A DNA stretch of 64,000 nucleotides from the human T2T-CHM13v2.0 reference genome, Homo sapiens. The stretch lies in assembly GCF_009914755.1 (NCBI RefSeq), contig NC_060934.1; one strand, given 5' to 3'. Below are positions 13,886 to 27,789 of this stretch, piece after piece; position 1 is the stretch's first letter, and each line of letters begins with the position of its first letter. The notes under the pieces were generated by a model. It worked only from the letters and a program-made list of their open reading frames with translations. It did no database searches and was not told the DNA's origin. The position numbers and the translations under genes are program-made.

Positions 13886-14292
13886 TGTAAGGTTCTTGTA
13901 TCGGTTCCAAGCCCAAGAGCGTGCCAACAGACAACACGAGGCCCTGTGGAGCAACACGCTGTTTTAATGAGTGCCTGGGTACAGGCGGGCTGAGGCCTAA
14001 AACGGCCTCAGCACCAAATGAGGATGGGGCAGGGGTTTTATGGTCTCCTGTAAACAAGAAGTGTCTCAGTCTGACGTGACTGCTACATACTACCCGGACA
14101 GCCTCTTTCTCGATCTTCGGGGGTACGTGTCTTCCGGCCAGGGTAGGTGTCTTCCGGCTGGCTTTCTTCCTGCTTCTGCTCTCTTGCTGGCGCATGCTGC
14201 TGGTGCAAGTAGCCTTGCTCTTTGGCACTGGGCCTGAGAAGGGAGGAGTTCCTCATCCCTTCAAGCTTTCAGGCCGTGGGGAGAATCTTTCA
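13886..14292 (-). mobile_element. Solo ERV LTR (probably ERVL class; family unresolved), inserted in L2
   Basis: TG...CA termini; perfect 5-bp TSD ctcat (13881-13885, 14293-14297); minus-strand CATAAAA (14036-14042) and ATTAAA (13963-13968). Confidence 0.85.
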
Positions 14293-14629
14293 CTCATCTC
14301 AGGCCTCACATCCCTCTAGACCTACATTGACCTTTCTCTGTTCTTTGTCTATGCCTCAGATGTGTGTGTTATTCCCTCTGCCCAGAGTTTTTGGGTTTCA
14401 AGCTTCACGTGCCTGGTTAAACTGAACTCCTCTTTCAGACACTTTAAATAGTGCTACTCCTTGGTTTAAATGGTACCACTTCTGAGAGGTCTTCCCTCAT
14501 TATCTTGTCTTTACCCTCTGCCCTGTTCCACACTATTTAATCATTGTTTCCAGCACCTTTGACAATTTATAATTACATTATTTGTTTTCATGTTTTTTTC
14601 TTCCCCCATTAGAATGATAGGTCCATGAG

Positions 14630-15660
14630 AGTCTCCGAGGTAGGAAGGATCTGAGATTTTACTTTACCTACAAGATAACTAGCTAGCCCACCACAATTTC
14701 ATAAATGCTGGCAGAAGACACAAGACTCCTGGATCAGAGACAAAGAACTTTACTACTCACAGCACAGAAAGCAGCATGAGCTTCATGTTTTTTGGTTTTC
14801 TCTTGATCCTCAAGTCTCACAGGGACAACAGAGATGCCCAGATGGATGGCACACATACAGTGGGTGGCATCATGGATGAGGGAACCTGTGCTTAGGCAAG
14901 GCCAATCTTTTATAATGGGATGCAAGCAAACCTGCCTGACCTTGGCCCTGGAGGGAGAAATCTTTATTACATTGGGTAGTGTATTAGTCATGGATCTCTA
15001 GAGGGACAGAACTAATAGGATAGATGTATCTGTGAAGGGGAGTTTATTAAGGAGTATTGACTCACACTATCACAAAGTGAAGTTCCACAATAGGCTGTCT
15101 GCAATCTGAGGAGCAAGGAAGCCAGTCCAAGTCCCAAGACCACAAAAGTAGGGAAGCCAACAGTGCAGCCTTCAGTCTATGGCCGAAGGCCCGAGAGCCC
15201 CTGGCAAACCACTGACTTAAGTCTAAGAGTCCAAAAGCTGAAGAACTTGGAGTCCAGTGTTCGACGGCAGGAAGCATCCAGCATAGGAGAAACATGGAGC
15301 CCGGAAGACTCAGTCAGTCTAGTCTTTCCAAGTTCTTCTGTCTGCTTTTATCCTAGCCACATTGGCAGCCGATCAAATGGTGCCCACCCAGATTGAGGGT
15401 GGGTCTGCCTCTCCCAGTCCACTGACTCAAATGTTAATCTTCTTTGGCAACATCCTCACAGACACACCCAGGAACAATACTTTGTGTCCTTCAATCCAAT
15501 CGAGTTGACACTCAATATTAATCATCACAGATAGAAAACAAACATTTCCATTTCTCTGGAGGAAGATACTATCTCTATCTTCCAGGCTATGTGCTATAGA
15601 AGCATCCTTGAAAAGATAGTGCCTCTTCTGACAAGACACAGAGAAACATGAGAAAAGTAC
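14630..15660 (-). mobile_element. LTR40-like ERVL LTR interrupted by MLT2A
   Basis: gctggcagaagacacaagactcctggatcagagacaaagaactttactactcacagc resembles LTR40 3' end; right boundary approximate. Confidence 0.6.
14980..15529 (-). mobile_element. MLT2A (MLT2A2-like, HERVL LTR)
   Basis: tgtattagtc..ctctagagggacagaactaatagg ... atattaatcatcaca; 550 bp; TSD ggtag/gatag. Confidence 0.9.
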
Positions 15661-15913
15661 CTCCCTACAGAAGGCAGGGATCATAAATATACTTTCACCT
15701 CTCCTTGCAGAGTATTCAGCAAGGTGCCTATCCCATCAAATCAGTTAACATTCTTAATTGTAAGCCACAGAAACTAAACCACTTTTCTGAAGAATGAAAG
15801 GGAATTAAAAAATGTTTTAATTTGTGTTTTGAGAAGGTAATATATTCACAGAATTCAAACCAAATTTATGTATGCATATATAAGCATATGCACACACACA
15901 TACATGTAATATA

Positions 15914-16228
15914 CAGATGTTGCTCAACTTATGAAAGGGTTACATCCCAATAAATCCATCATAAGTGAAAAATATAAGAAGTCTAAAATGCATGTAATAC
16001 AATGAACCTACTGAACATCATAGCTTAGCCTAGCCTACCTTAAACATACTCTGAACACTTACTTCACCAGCAGTTGGACAAAATCACCTAACATGAAAGC
16101 TACAAGAAAATGTTGGATATCTCATATAATTTATTGAATACTATACATTGCATAGAAATTGCAATGGTTTCACACGATTGCAAAGCTGAAAATTGTAAGT
16201 TGAGCCATTGTAAGTCAGGGAATGTCTG
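15914..16228. mobile_element. Tigger3-like (TcMar) MITE
   Basis: TIR-like cagatgttgctcaacttatga / ttgtaagtcagggaatgtctg, TA flanks on both sides. Confidence 0.8.
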
Positions 16229-16230
16229 TA

Positions 16231-16780
16231 CAGTAAGAATTTTCCCTCCCACTCTTATTCCCATCTCTTCAGGGGCCCCTCCACTCTACTAATTCTATAT
16301 GAATGCCAGGCAATCACTATTATTAGTTTCTTATGTTTGTTTCTCAAGTGTCTTTGTGTACATACTAAGATATATACAAATATATTTTCTCCTTTTATAT
16401 ACAAAATACAGTTTACTATTTTGTAAATGTAGTTTGCTACTTTCTTTGCATTTTGTCTTTCTCATTTAGTATATCCTAGAACACGTATTTATTGTTTTTT
16501 ATTTTATTTCATTTTTAAAATATAAGTGGAGTATTCCACTGTGTGAATGTACCGTAGTCTATTTAACCATTTCCGTATTGATTAACAATTGTGAGGTTTC
16601 CAATCTTTGACTACCATAGGATGTTACAATGAAAAGCGTAAGTAAAAGTACATATGTGGAATAAATTCTCAGAAATAAATTTTCCGGGTTAAAGGGTAGT
16701 GTCATCTTGATAGATGTTCTTCAGTTGTCTTCATACAAGTTGTACGCAAATGTGGTACCAACAGAGCATGTGGGAGTGGC
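16231..16780 (-). mobile_element. Old L1M fragment
   Basis: agtattccactgtgtgaatgtaccgtagtctatttaaccatttcc typical of L1M; boundaries approximate. Confidence 0.6.
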
Positions 16781-17129
16781 ACCAAACCCAGACTTAAATA
16801 TCAACCATGACTTCCTGGAGACACAGAGATCAAATCTCAGACATGAAAGAACCACTAGGCATGTCAGGAATATCTATAGCTTTTGACTGTTGAGGAATGG
16901 GCTGGCTAATAACACAAGTAATGTTACTTTTCATTATCCTGGAGAAAAAGGACAAGTTTTTATTCAAATGGGGCCTAGAAGTTTAAGAAAGATTTTGCTA
17001 ACAAGCAACAGGGGTTGCTCAACCTTGGATGGTCCCCTCCCACATGCACTGTGGGCTTGGTGGTGTGGCTTGCTTTGGTCATTGGGACATTAGTCAAAGG
17101 GCTAAAAGCAAATAATTGATAAGGGCTTG

Positions 17130-17715
<586 letters not shown>

Positions 17716-17772
17716 ACTGTGTTATAATTATCTGCTACTTAAGTTCAGAATCTGCTGTATTCTAAGTAGAGG

Positions 17773-18144
17773 TGTATTAGTCCCTTCTCACTCTGCTGTA
17801 AAGACATACCTGAGACTGGGTAATTTATAAAGAAAAATAAGTTTAATGGACTCACAGTTCCGCATGGCTGGGGAGGCAACCCAAGCATGGTGGAAGATGA
17901 AGGAGGAGTCTTCCTTCAAAGGCACGTCTTACATGGCAGCAGGCAAGAAAGCATGTGCATGGGAACTCCCCTTTATAAAACCATCAGATCTCGTAAGACT
18001 TATTCACTATCAAGAGAATAGCATGGGAAAAACTCACCCCCATGATTCAATTACCTCCCATCTGGTTGCTCCCATGACACGTGGGGATTCTGGGAGCTAC
18101 AATTCAAGACGAGATTTGGGTAGGGACACAGCCAAACAATATCA
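17773..18144 (-). mobile_element. THE1 MaLR LTR
   Basis: tgtattagtcc...aaagacatacctgagactggg...gccaaacaatatca; TSD agagg/acagg. Confidence 0.92.
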
Positions 18145-18482
18145 ACAGGCTCAATAAATACTTTCTGAAAGGCTTCTCAAGTGTTCTCGGGTTAGGTCAG
18201 GCTTAACAGCATTGCTGACTCACAATCAGCTTGCATTAAAGAGGGAGTGGTGAAAATTTTTGATTCTACTGGCGTAGAGGTCATTAAGGTAAGGGAAAGG
18301 TAGCAAACCATGACTTTCTGTAATTCTTGCTGTGACTAAGATACCACATCAAGTGAAAAAGAATCAGTACTTGTGAAAATTGCTACTTCTTTGAGTTTTG
18401 TTTCTATTCCTTGGAAGCCAGTTTAAGTTAAGCCCCAGATGGCAACTTTTCTTAGATATGTTTGGAAAATACCTTAACTTTC

Positions 18483-18835
18483 TGTACTGGTCTGTTCTCA
18501 CACTGCTAATAAGGACATACCCAGACTGGGTAATTTATAAAGGAAAGAGCTTTAATGAACTCACAGTTCCACATGACTAGGGAGGCCTCACAGTTGTGGT
18601 GGAAGGCAAAGGTGAAGCAAAGGCACATCTTATATGGGGCAGGCAAGAGAGCTTGTGCAGGGGAGCTGCCCTTTATGAAACCATCAGATCTCATGAAACA
18701 TATTCACTAGCACTAGAACACTGTGGGGGAAACTGCTGCCATGATTCATTTATCTCCACCTGGCCTTGCCCTTGACACCTGAGGATTATTACAATTCAAG
18801 TGAGATTTGGGTGGCGACACAGCCAAACCATATCA
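18483..18835 (-). mobile_element. THE1 MaLR LTR
   Basis: tgtactggtctgttctcacactgct...gccaaaccatatca; TSD ctttc/cttcc. Confidence 0.92.
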
Positions 18836-19929
18836 CTTCCAAACATCCAGAAGATCTGTGAGGAAGGGAATGGAGGGTCATGAAAGGAAAAAAAAATCGT
18901 GTGGGCTTAACACATGCTGAAAAATTTTAATCAAGTCGGCCTCCTAGGTAGCATCCCAGCACCAGGTAATCATTGCCTCTTCTGAACTCCTGGAAGGTTT
19001 TTATCCTCAGCATCTGGCAATTAATCACTCGCTACCCCCTGGTATCTCTTCTCTTGTTGTCTTTGTATTAGGTCCTGCCATTTAATTTTTCACAGGTTTA
19101 TGTCTGGCCTTTTTACTGGATTCCCACAGAGCCGAGCACATTGTAAGCATGTAATAAATAGCTCCTACAGAACGGTTTTGCTCGAAGCAACCCTCACAAA
19201 AAGTGGACGGGAAAGACTCCACACTCCTGGGTAGAAGTGCAATGATTTTGAGGAGTTGAAGCACACGGCTGTCGCCCCCGTGGGTGTAACCCTCCAACAA
19301 GAGGTTGGGCATTTGCTGAACAGCCTCTCCTCTAGCCTTAATTTCTTCTTCCCTCAGAGATGGTTGGGGTGGTCTCACTCTGCCTGAGTTGTTCCCCAGG
19401 ACTGGAAGAACTACTCTGGCTCATGGCTTGGTCTTTGGGGGTGCCCAAGCCCAAACCTGAAACTTTTTTTAGTCTTTAGGATGAGGAATAGATGATTTAC
19501 AAATTTCTCTGTCTCTCTCTCTCTGCCTCTGTGTCTCTTTTTGTCTCTTTCTCATTCTCTTTCTTTTATTATGTATGAATCAATGAATAATTATCTCTGC
19601 CTTCACTGAGGTTACTAAAAGAAGTACTTTAGCTGCAAGGCTTTCAGTGAAACAGAAGAGTCCACCCTGCCAGTTAGAGATCCCAACTAGTGCAATAGAG
19701 TCCTAAAGGAACATGAAGGGTTTCTTTCTAATGAGGTCTTTAAAGAAAACCCAACTTCTCTGCTGTCTGGCATGATTTCTATATGGGTCCAACTTCCGGA
19801 TTCCTCTCTGCCTGATAACGCCATGTGTCTCTGAAATAGACCTGGAGCCTCATTATGCAGAGAAGAAGCAGCAAAAACAACCGCTACCCCCAATCTCTTT
19901 TTCAATATTCTATCTTTCTTTAAAAATGA

Positions 19930-20289
<360 letters not shown>

Positions 20290-21134
20290 CCCTACTCTGG
20301 TTTTAACCCACCTTCCCTTTTGAAATCCTTCCAACTCTAATGGAGTTTCCTAAAAGCTGGGAAGGTATCAAGGCCTCAGGCTAATTGGAGGCAGCCCTGG
20401 TCTTCCTGGAAGTTCCTATCCTCTAAGCCCATTTCTCCCTGTGGTGGGCTGAATTCTAAGAACTCTACAATGGCCCCCAAGGTTCTCATCCCTTGGGGCA
20501 CACACCCTGTTCTGGGACAGGCAATCCCAGACAGGAGAATCAGAGAGGAGAAAGAGGTTCCTCTCTTCACTGATGAGCCCTTTAAAAAGCAAATAAAGGA
20601 AAGAAGGGGGAAGAGGAACATTGTGGCACAGAGATGGGGTAGCAAAAAGTATTTCTGCCCTGAGTGTGGATAGAGACTACCTTGAGTGGGGCGCAAATGG
20701 AGGCAAGTGGCCAAAAGTGACAGAATCCAAGGACCAGTCAGTATTACATCTTCATTATAAACCAAACCCTGGTGTGTGAGCGAACAGGGCTCTTTTTCTT
20801 CCCCCTTTTTTTCTTAGCGATAAGAAGAAATAATATTCAAACAATCAAAGTTCAAAATCTGTGGATTATTTCTGAGAAATGCTGAAATCAAGCTAATGAA
20901 GTTTTAATTACTAGAGAGATTAGCCTCCAAACCTGGCTCAGACACCAACTTCCCTAACACTGCTTGTCCACACTGATAAGAAGGCTGATCTTGTATGGGG
21001 CTTGAGGTACCTTTATCCTTTTTCTTGCTGCCTTTTTTTTTTTTTTTTTAGTTGTTTGTCCCTCCCCTCTCCCCCTACCAGCTCTTTGGTTTCCAGTAGT
21101 CTTTTTGTCTGTCATTGCCATAGAAATACTTTTG

Positions 21135-21441
21135 TGGGGCGTGGTGGCTCACTCCTGTAATCCCAGAATTTTGGAAGGCTGAGGCGGGCGGATCATCTGA
21201 AGTCGGGAGTTCGAGACCAGCCTGGCCAACATGGCGAAACCCCGTCTCTACTAAAAATACACAGAAAAATTAGCGAGGCATGGTGGCATACGCCTGTATT
21301 CCCAGCTACTCGGGAGGCTGAGGTAGGAGAATCACTTCAACCCAGGAAGCAGAGGTTGTGGTGAGCCGAGATCACACCACTGCACTCCAGCCTGGGAGAC
21401 AAAGCGAAACTCCTTCTCAAAAAAAAAAAAAAAAAAAAGAA
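21135..21441 (+). mobile_element. Alu (AluSp/Sq-like)
   Basis: gtcgggagttcgag, gcgaaactcc; TSD agaaata(c/t)ttttg. Confidence 0.95.
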
Positions 21442-21828
21442 AGAAATATTTTTGGATACCATAACATAGTTCACAAGAAGCATGGGTACCAAGCCCTGTG
21501 TCCTTGCCTCTCAATGATGCCCAATAATTAGAAATTAATGATACTTTCCCATCTCGTTGTCTTAAACTGCCTGTTTAAAAATGCCAGCCTGGCTTAGGAA
21601 AAACAAATTGTTTTCTACTACATTGTACCTATCTTTATGTAAAGACATAATTTGTTAAGTACTTATAATCTTAGTCTGTATCCATATAGAATGTCTATTC
21701 TACAATTGTGTTAATAAAGATATGTTGTCAGTAATTATATGTGAGAGAAAATAATAAAAGTTTCTGAAAAGAGAATGAGGACAGCTTTTTCTCTTTTGTT
21801 CTGTTTAAGCACAGAGAACATGATTTTA

Positions 21829-22137
21829 TTGATGTATTTGTTTATTTATTTATTTAGAGACGGAGTCTTGCTCTGTCACCCAGGCTGGAGGGCAGTGGCA
21901 CAATCTCGGCTCACTGGAACCTCTGCCTTCCAGGTTCACGCAATTCTCATGCCTCAGCCTCCCAGTAGCTGGTATTACAGGCACCTGCCAGCACACCTGG
22001 ATAATTTTCGTATTTTTAGTAGAGACGGGGTTTCACCATTTTGGCCAGGCTGGTCTCGAACTCCTGACCTCAAGATATCTGCCTGCCTTGGCCTCCCAAA
22101 GTGCTGTGATTACAGGCGTGAGCCACCGCGCCTGGCC
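21829..22137 (-). mobile_element. Alu (AluSz-like)
   Basis: Full dimer; TSD aacatga(t/c)ttta. Confidence 0.95.
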
Positions 22138-22169
22138 AAACATGACTTTAAAATGTCATGTTACCCCAT

Positions 22170-22850
22170 GACATTTTATTATGAAAATATTCATAGATAC
22201 AGCAAAGTTGAGAGAATCTTATAGTGGACACCTACCACCTAGATTCTCGAATTAACATTTTACTGTGCTTGCTTTATGACGTATCTATTCATCTGTCCCT
22301 CTCCCATCCACTCACTAATCTTTCTTATTTTTTATGATGCACTGCAAAGCAAATTATAGTCATCAGTGCACTTCACCCTAAATACTTCAGCATGTGTTTT
22401 ATTAATGAGAGTTCAATCTTTGTTAGCAATTTTTTGTTGGTGTAAAATGTATGAAGAAATGCACAAATCTTTCATGTACATGAGCTGAGGTTTGGAAATG
22501 CATACAGCCTTGGAACCTAAGTTCCTATCGACCTAGAGAACTTTCTCTTCACTCCAGGAGATCCCTCCGTGTCCTTCTTCAGTCAATTCCTGATCATGTT
22601 CCACCCCCAGAAGATTCTGTTTCCTAATTTTTCCTACCATAGGTTATTTTTTTTCTCTTCTAAAATGCCAGGTCAATGCAACAATATCATTTATACTCTA
22701 TCATGTAAAGATTCTTTCTCTCAGCACAATGACTGTGAGATCTATCCGTGCTGTTCTTTTATCTTTATTGCTGGGTGATAGTCCCTTGCATGAATAGAAC
22801 TCAGCTGTTTATTCATCTTCCTATTGTTTACAGTTTGGGGCTATTACTTG
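22170..22850 (-). mobile_element. Old L1M 3'-end fragments
   Basis: ttttattatgaaaat...aaagttgagagaat; tctcagcacaatgactgtgagatctatcc; approximate limits. Confidence 0.55.
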
Positions 22851-22926
22851 AAGGGAAGTATTGAAGGGAAGACCAAATTGAAATAGCAAAAAAAAAAAAA
22901 ATACAACAAACAACAACAAAAATTAA

Positions 22927-23352
<426 letters not shown>

Positions 23353-23911
23353 TAATTTATAGAATAGAGATTCTATATAAATAAACAGATTAGTATGATA
23401 AGTAATTAGCACATTATTTTATTTACACAAGAAGGGGTACAATGTGTTAAAAAACAATTTGTTTTTCCTAAACCAGCCTGGCATTCATAAACATACAGTT
23501 CAGGACAGTGAGAAATTATATCGATTTCCAATTATTGGGGTCCAAATAGAATATAGAGATATAGAGCTACTTTTAGCAGTAGCTCTATATACTCTTGTCA
23601 AGAAAAGTCATTGCAGAGCACAGGTTGAAAGTTCTTAACTCTTCTGTGTGTTTAAGGACACCTCTCTGGTGAGAGGCACTGTGAAGTCGTAGAACAAGTG
23701 CCTTGCTGAAGAGGTCTTTAGGCTGAATCTCAGTTCTGCCTCCTGGCTACATCACCTACCATCTCCAGGCCTCAGGTCTTGTTTGTAAAAACAAGGAATT
23801 GGAATGGCCAATTTGGAGATTCCTTCCAGATGTGTGTGTGTATTATCTATAAATAATTATATATACACCCTATATATATATGTATGTATGTACACGCTAA
23901 ATATATGTGTA

Positions 23912-23915
<4 letters not shown>

Positions 23916-23981
<66 letters not shown>
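23916..23981. repeat. Compound microsatellite (TG)13(TA)20
   Basis: Counted directly. Confidence 0.95.
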
Positions 23982-23985
<4 letters not shown>

Positions 23986-24059
23986 TATAGTCAATTTAAT
24001 AGAGAGGGTGGTTAAAGCCATGAGAATCATTAGGGTTTTCATTAGTGGACCAACAGAGA

Positions 24060-24760
24060 GTCCATAAAGAAATCCTAGTAGGCAAGGAAATTTAGTATAT
24101 AACAGAGGCAAAGCTCCAATTCAGCGGAAAATAATTATTTTAGAAATGGTATAGGAAAAACTGACTCTCCTTTTGAAAGAAAATAAAGTCAGCATTACTT
24201 CACATCATATGCAAAAATAAATTTGGGGTATATTAAACGTTTTAATGTAAAAATAAAACAATATAAGCTTAGAAAAATAGATTGCAGAATATCTTTATAA
24301 GAAAAGGTTGTAGAGATCTTTTAAAAAGATCTCTTAAGATCTTTAGAAAGATCTTTTAAAAAGGTTGTAGAGATCTTTTAAAAGCAGATAACTCAGAGGC
24401 TTTAAAAGAAGTATCTGTTTCACTACAGAAAAATTAACAGGGTTTTTGACATTTTTTGTATTTGTTAGAGATATAAGGAACACAGTCAAAAGAAAAATTA
24501 TAAATAGAATAAGATTTTAAATGCATTTAACAGATAAAAGGCTGGTAATAGAATAGATAAAATGACTTACAAGTTGAAAAGACAAAAACAATTAAAATGG
24601 ACAATAAATATGAATAGGCACCTTTTCAACAGGTAAAGCTGACTGACACATATGTATCATAAAATTATCAGTACAACTTAGTCATTGGAATTTGTAGCTT
24701 GTACAATATTACAAAAACAAAAAAGCCACTGCTGACATTTAGAATTAAGGAAATTTACAA
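24060..24760 (+). mobile_element. Old L1M ORF2-derived fragment
   Basis: aaatggtataggaaaaactg...cacatcatatgcaaaaataaat resembles degraded L1 ORF2 3' region. Confidence 0.6.
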
Positions 24761-24963
24761 AGAATTTCAGTTTCACTCCTTTTGTTTGGTAGGTCATAAA
24801 TCTAACACTCAACTTGCATTTCCACTACTATGATCTGAATGTCTGTGTCTCCCCAAAATTCCCTGAAATTCTAAACCTCAAGGTGATGGTATTAGGAGGT
24901 GAGGTCTTTGGGAGGTGATTAAGTCATGACAATGTAGCCCTAATAAGTGGGATTACTGCCCTT

Positions 24964-25234
<271 letters not shown>

Positions 25235-25396
25235 TCATCCCTTCTACCATGTGAGGGCTCAGAAGAAGACAGTTGTCCATGAACCAAGAAGTAACCAAGA
25301 AGTGGGTTCTCACCAGACACTGAATCTACCATTGCCTTGGTCTTGGACTTCCCAGCCTCCAGAACCATGAGAAAAACAAATTCTATTGTTTATAGA

Positions 25397-25796
25397 TGCT
25401 ATGGTTAGAGTGTGTCCCCTAAAAAATCATGTGTTGGTAATGTAATCTCAAATACAACAGTGCTGGGATATGGGGACTAATGAGAGGTGATTAAGCCATG
25501 AAGGTGGAATGAATGCATTAATGCCATTATTATGGGAGTGGGTTTGTCACTGTGGAAGTGAGTTTCTTATAAAATGACAAGTTTGGCTCCTTTTCTGTCT
25601 CTCATGCTCTTTCTTTTGCCTTTCTTCCAGGTGATGCCTTCCACCATGTTATGATGTGATAAGAAGGCCCTCACCAGATGCCAGACCCTCAATCTTGGAT
25701 TCCTAGCTCCAGAACCCTGAGCCAATAAATTTCTGTTCATTATAAACTACTCAGTCTCTGGTATTCTTTTATAGCAGCATAGAATGGACTAAGACA
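25397..25796 (+). mobile_element. MST (MSTC/D-like) MaLR LTR
   Basis: tgctatggtt...tgtgtcccc ... atggactaagaca. Confidence 0.85.
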
Positions 25797-25859
25797 ATAA
25801 GGCACCCAGTTTATGATGTTCTGTTATAGCAGCATAATGGGACTGAGACACCCACTGAG

Positions 25860-26753
25860 CAGAGCTGGTTCCATCATTTGCAAGGTCCAGTGCACAATGA
25901 AAATGCAAGTCCCCCTGTTCCAAATGCAGGGGGAAAGTGCTGTTAAAGTACTAGCATGTAAAACGTTGCCCTTTCTTCTGCAGCCTCTGGACCTATAATG
26001 GTGCTTTCTATTTGCTAGCCATGCTCCTCTTGGGCGTGCAGTTTCTCTGGGGCTGGTGCAGCCCCTCACAGATGTAGGGGACTCTTTGTGCAGGGGGACT
26101 CAATGAACTTGTCCACTCGTGAGCACGGCCCACCAGCTGTGGAGTCATCCATCCCATAAACTCTGCTCCCCATTCTCACCATCCTGCAGCCCTAACCCAC
26201 TGCTGACAGCAATCCCACCCTGAATCACACTCAGTAGTTGCATTGAGGGTGAATGCGAGGCTCACCTGCACTGAGTCACCCAGATCAGGGTGGGGATGGT
26301 CACTGTCTTGCCCTGCTCTGAGACCCCAACCCTCCTGGTGCCTACTCCTGGATCCCCACTGAAAGCAGAGAGGGATGGAAGAACATTGGGTCCCCCTTAT
26401 TGCGCATCCTGGTGATTTGACTTAATTGACACCCAGGGGGAACGGCAGCAGCAGTTGTTTCTGGGCAGGAGCAGGAAAAGGAAGGCTAGATAGGGCCTGA
26501 GAAGTCAGAGGGTGAAAAGAAGGAGGCCAAGAACTGGAGAGGTGATGAAAGACAGTCACGGAGGAGCTGAGGTTCCAAGTCCCCATGCATGCTCTATTGT
26601 CTCAACAGACCTCACTTACAAAACACAAACTCAAAGATAAAATTTAATAATAAAATAAATTAAATTAAGAGCAGTAAAACCCAACTGAGGGACCCTTCTG
26701 AGCCCAGAGCCCTGTGCAACTGTACTGGTGGCTTGCCCATGACACCAGCCCCA
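25860..26753 (-). mobile_element. MER45-family (hAT-Tip100) element
   Basis: Ends match MER45 termini (cagagctggttccatcatttgc...; ...cccatgacaccagcccca); degenerate 8-bp TSD ccactgag/tcacttag. Confidence 0.75.
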
Positions 26754-27789
26754 TCACTTAGCAACACTTGACAAGAGCCAGAGACACCAAAGCACTTGCC
26801 ATTGTCCCTGCCTCTTTAGCTTGTCCTGTTTTTTTCCAGCCCTCCAGTGGGGTCTAAGTTTGCAAGCTCTAGATTCAACCACTATAATGCAGGGACTACC
26901 TTTCACCTTTTAAGCTTGAGTCCAGCATGTGCACATCAGGCTGCTCAATGCATGCTTGTTGCATTTAATAGACTCATATCCACAGGAGCCCCCATCTTTT
27001 CCTTTCACTTTCACCAGTTGGTGGTTGTCTTCTCCTTCCCCAGGCTGCCTAGAGTTATCCTAAGAAGCACTTAGGTCTCCTTTCTCCTAAATGACTGGGG
27101 TCTAGGGATATCTTTCCAGCTCTTACTGCCAGGAGGCTGCAGGCTATAGTTGTCACCTCTTCCATGTGCAGAGGGCTACAGGAGCCACAGCAATGTGTTC
27201 CCATGGTCATTTGCTTCTGTACACTTTGCAAAAGTTAGATATTTTAGCAGTTAAGATGCTGCTTCTTTCCATTCAGACGTCTTTCTGTCTCACTTCCCTT
27301 CTGGTCAGGTGGCACTGGAGTGGCCATGGCATTTAGGGGATCTGGCTCAGGGTCATTGAGTTGGGCGTACATTTAGGGTAGACTTTGGGGGATATGTGTA
27401 GGTGGTTTGCAGACATGTAGGTAAATAGTTAACCTACTGCTGGCAGAAATTCACAGGCAGAAGTAGGGTTGAGATTTGTCTGACTCTGATGGTGCTGATC
27501 TAAAAATGATCCTCTATTGCCTTTTATTGCTTAGTGACCCCTCATCAGGTCTTTGACTCCCCAAATTAAGGACAGGATGGTCCATCCTCAGCCACTTGCC
27601 AACATTTGACATCCTTTTGCATCTCCCTAATGGACTCTGGTCTTTTTGCCCACTGCTGTCTATTTGTCCATTGCTCTCTGTCCATTGCTGTCCATTGCTC
27701 TGAGACCATTGCTCAGACTTTTTGCCTTTGCTGGAGAGTGTTTTTCTTCATGCTCTTCCTTCAACTAAAATGACCATGCCCAATCATAT

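Noticed and set aside
17773-18835. Two same-orientation THE1 LTRs as one proviral remnant
   Set aside because: Each has its own distinct 5-bp TSD, they differ in sequence, and the spacer is not recognisable THE1-internal sequence.
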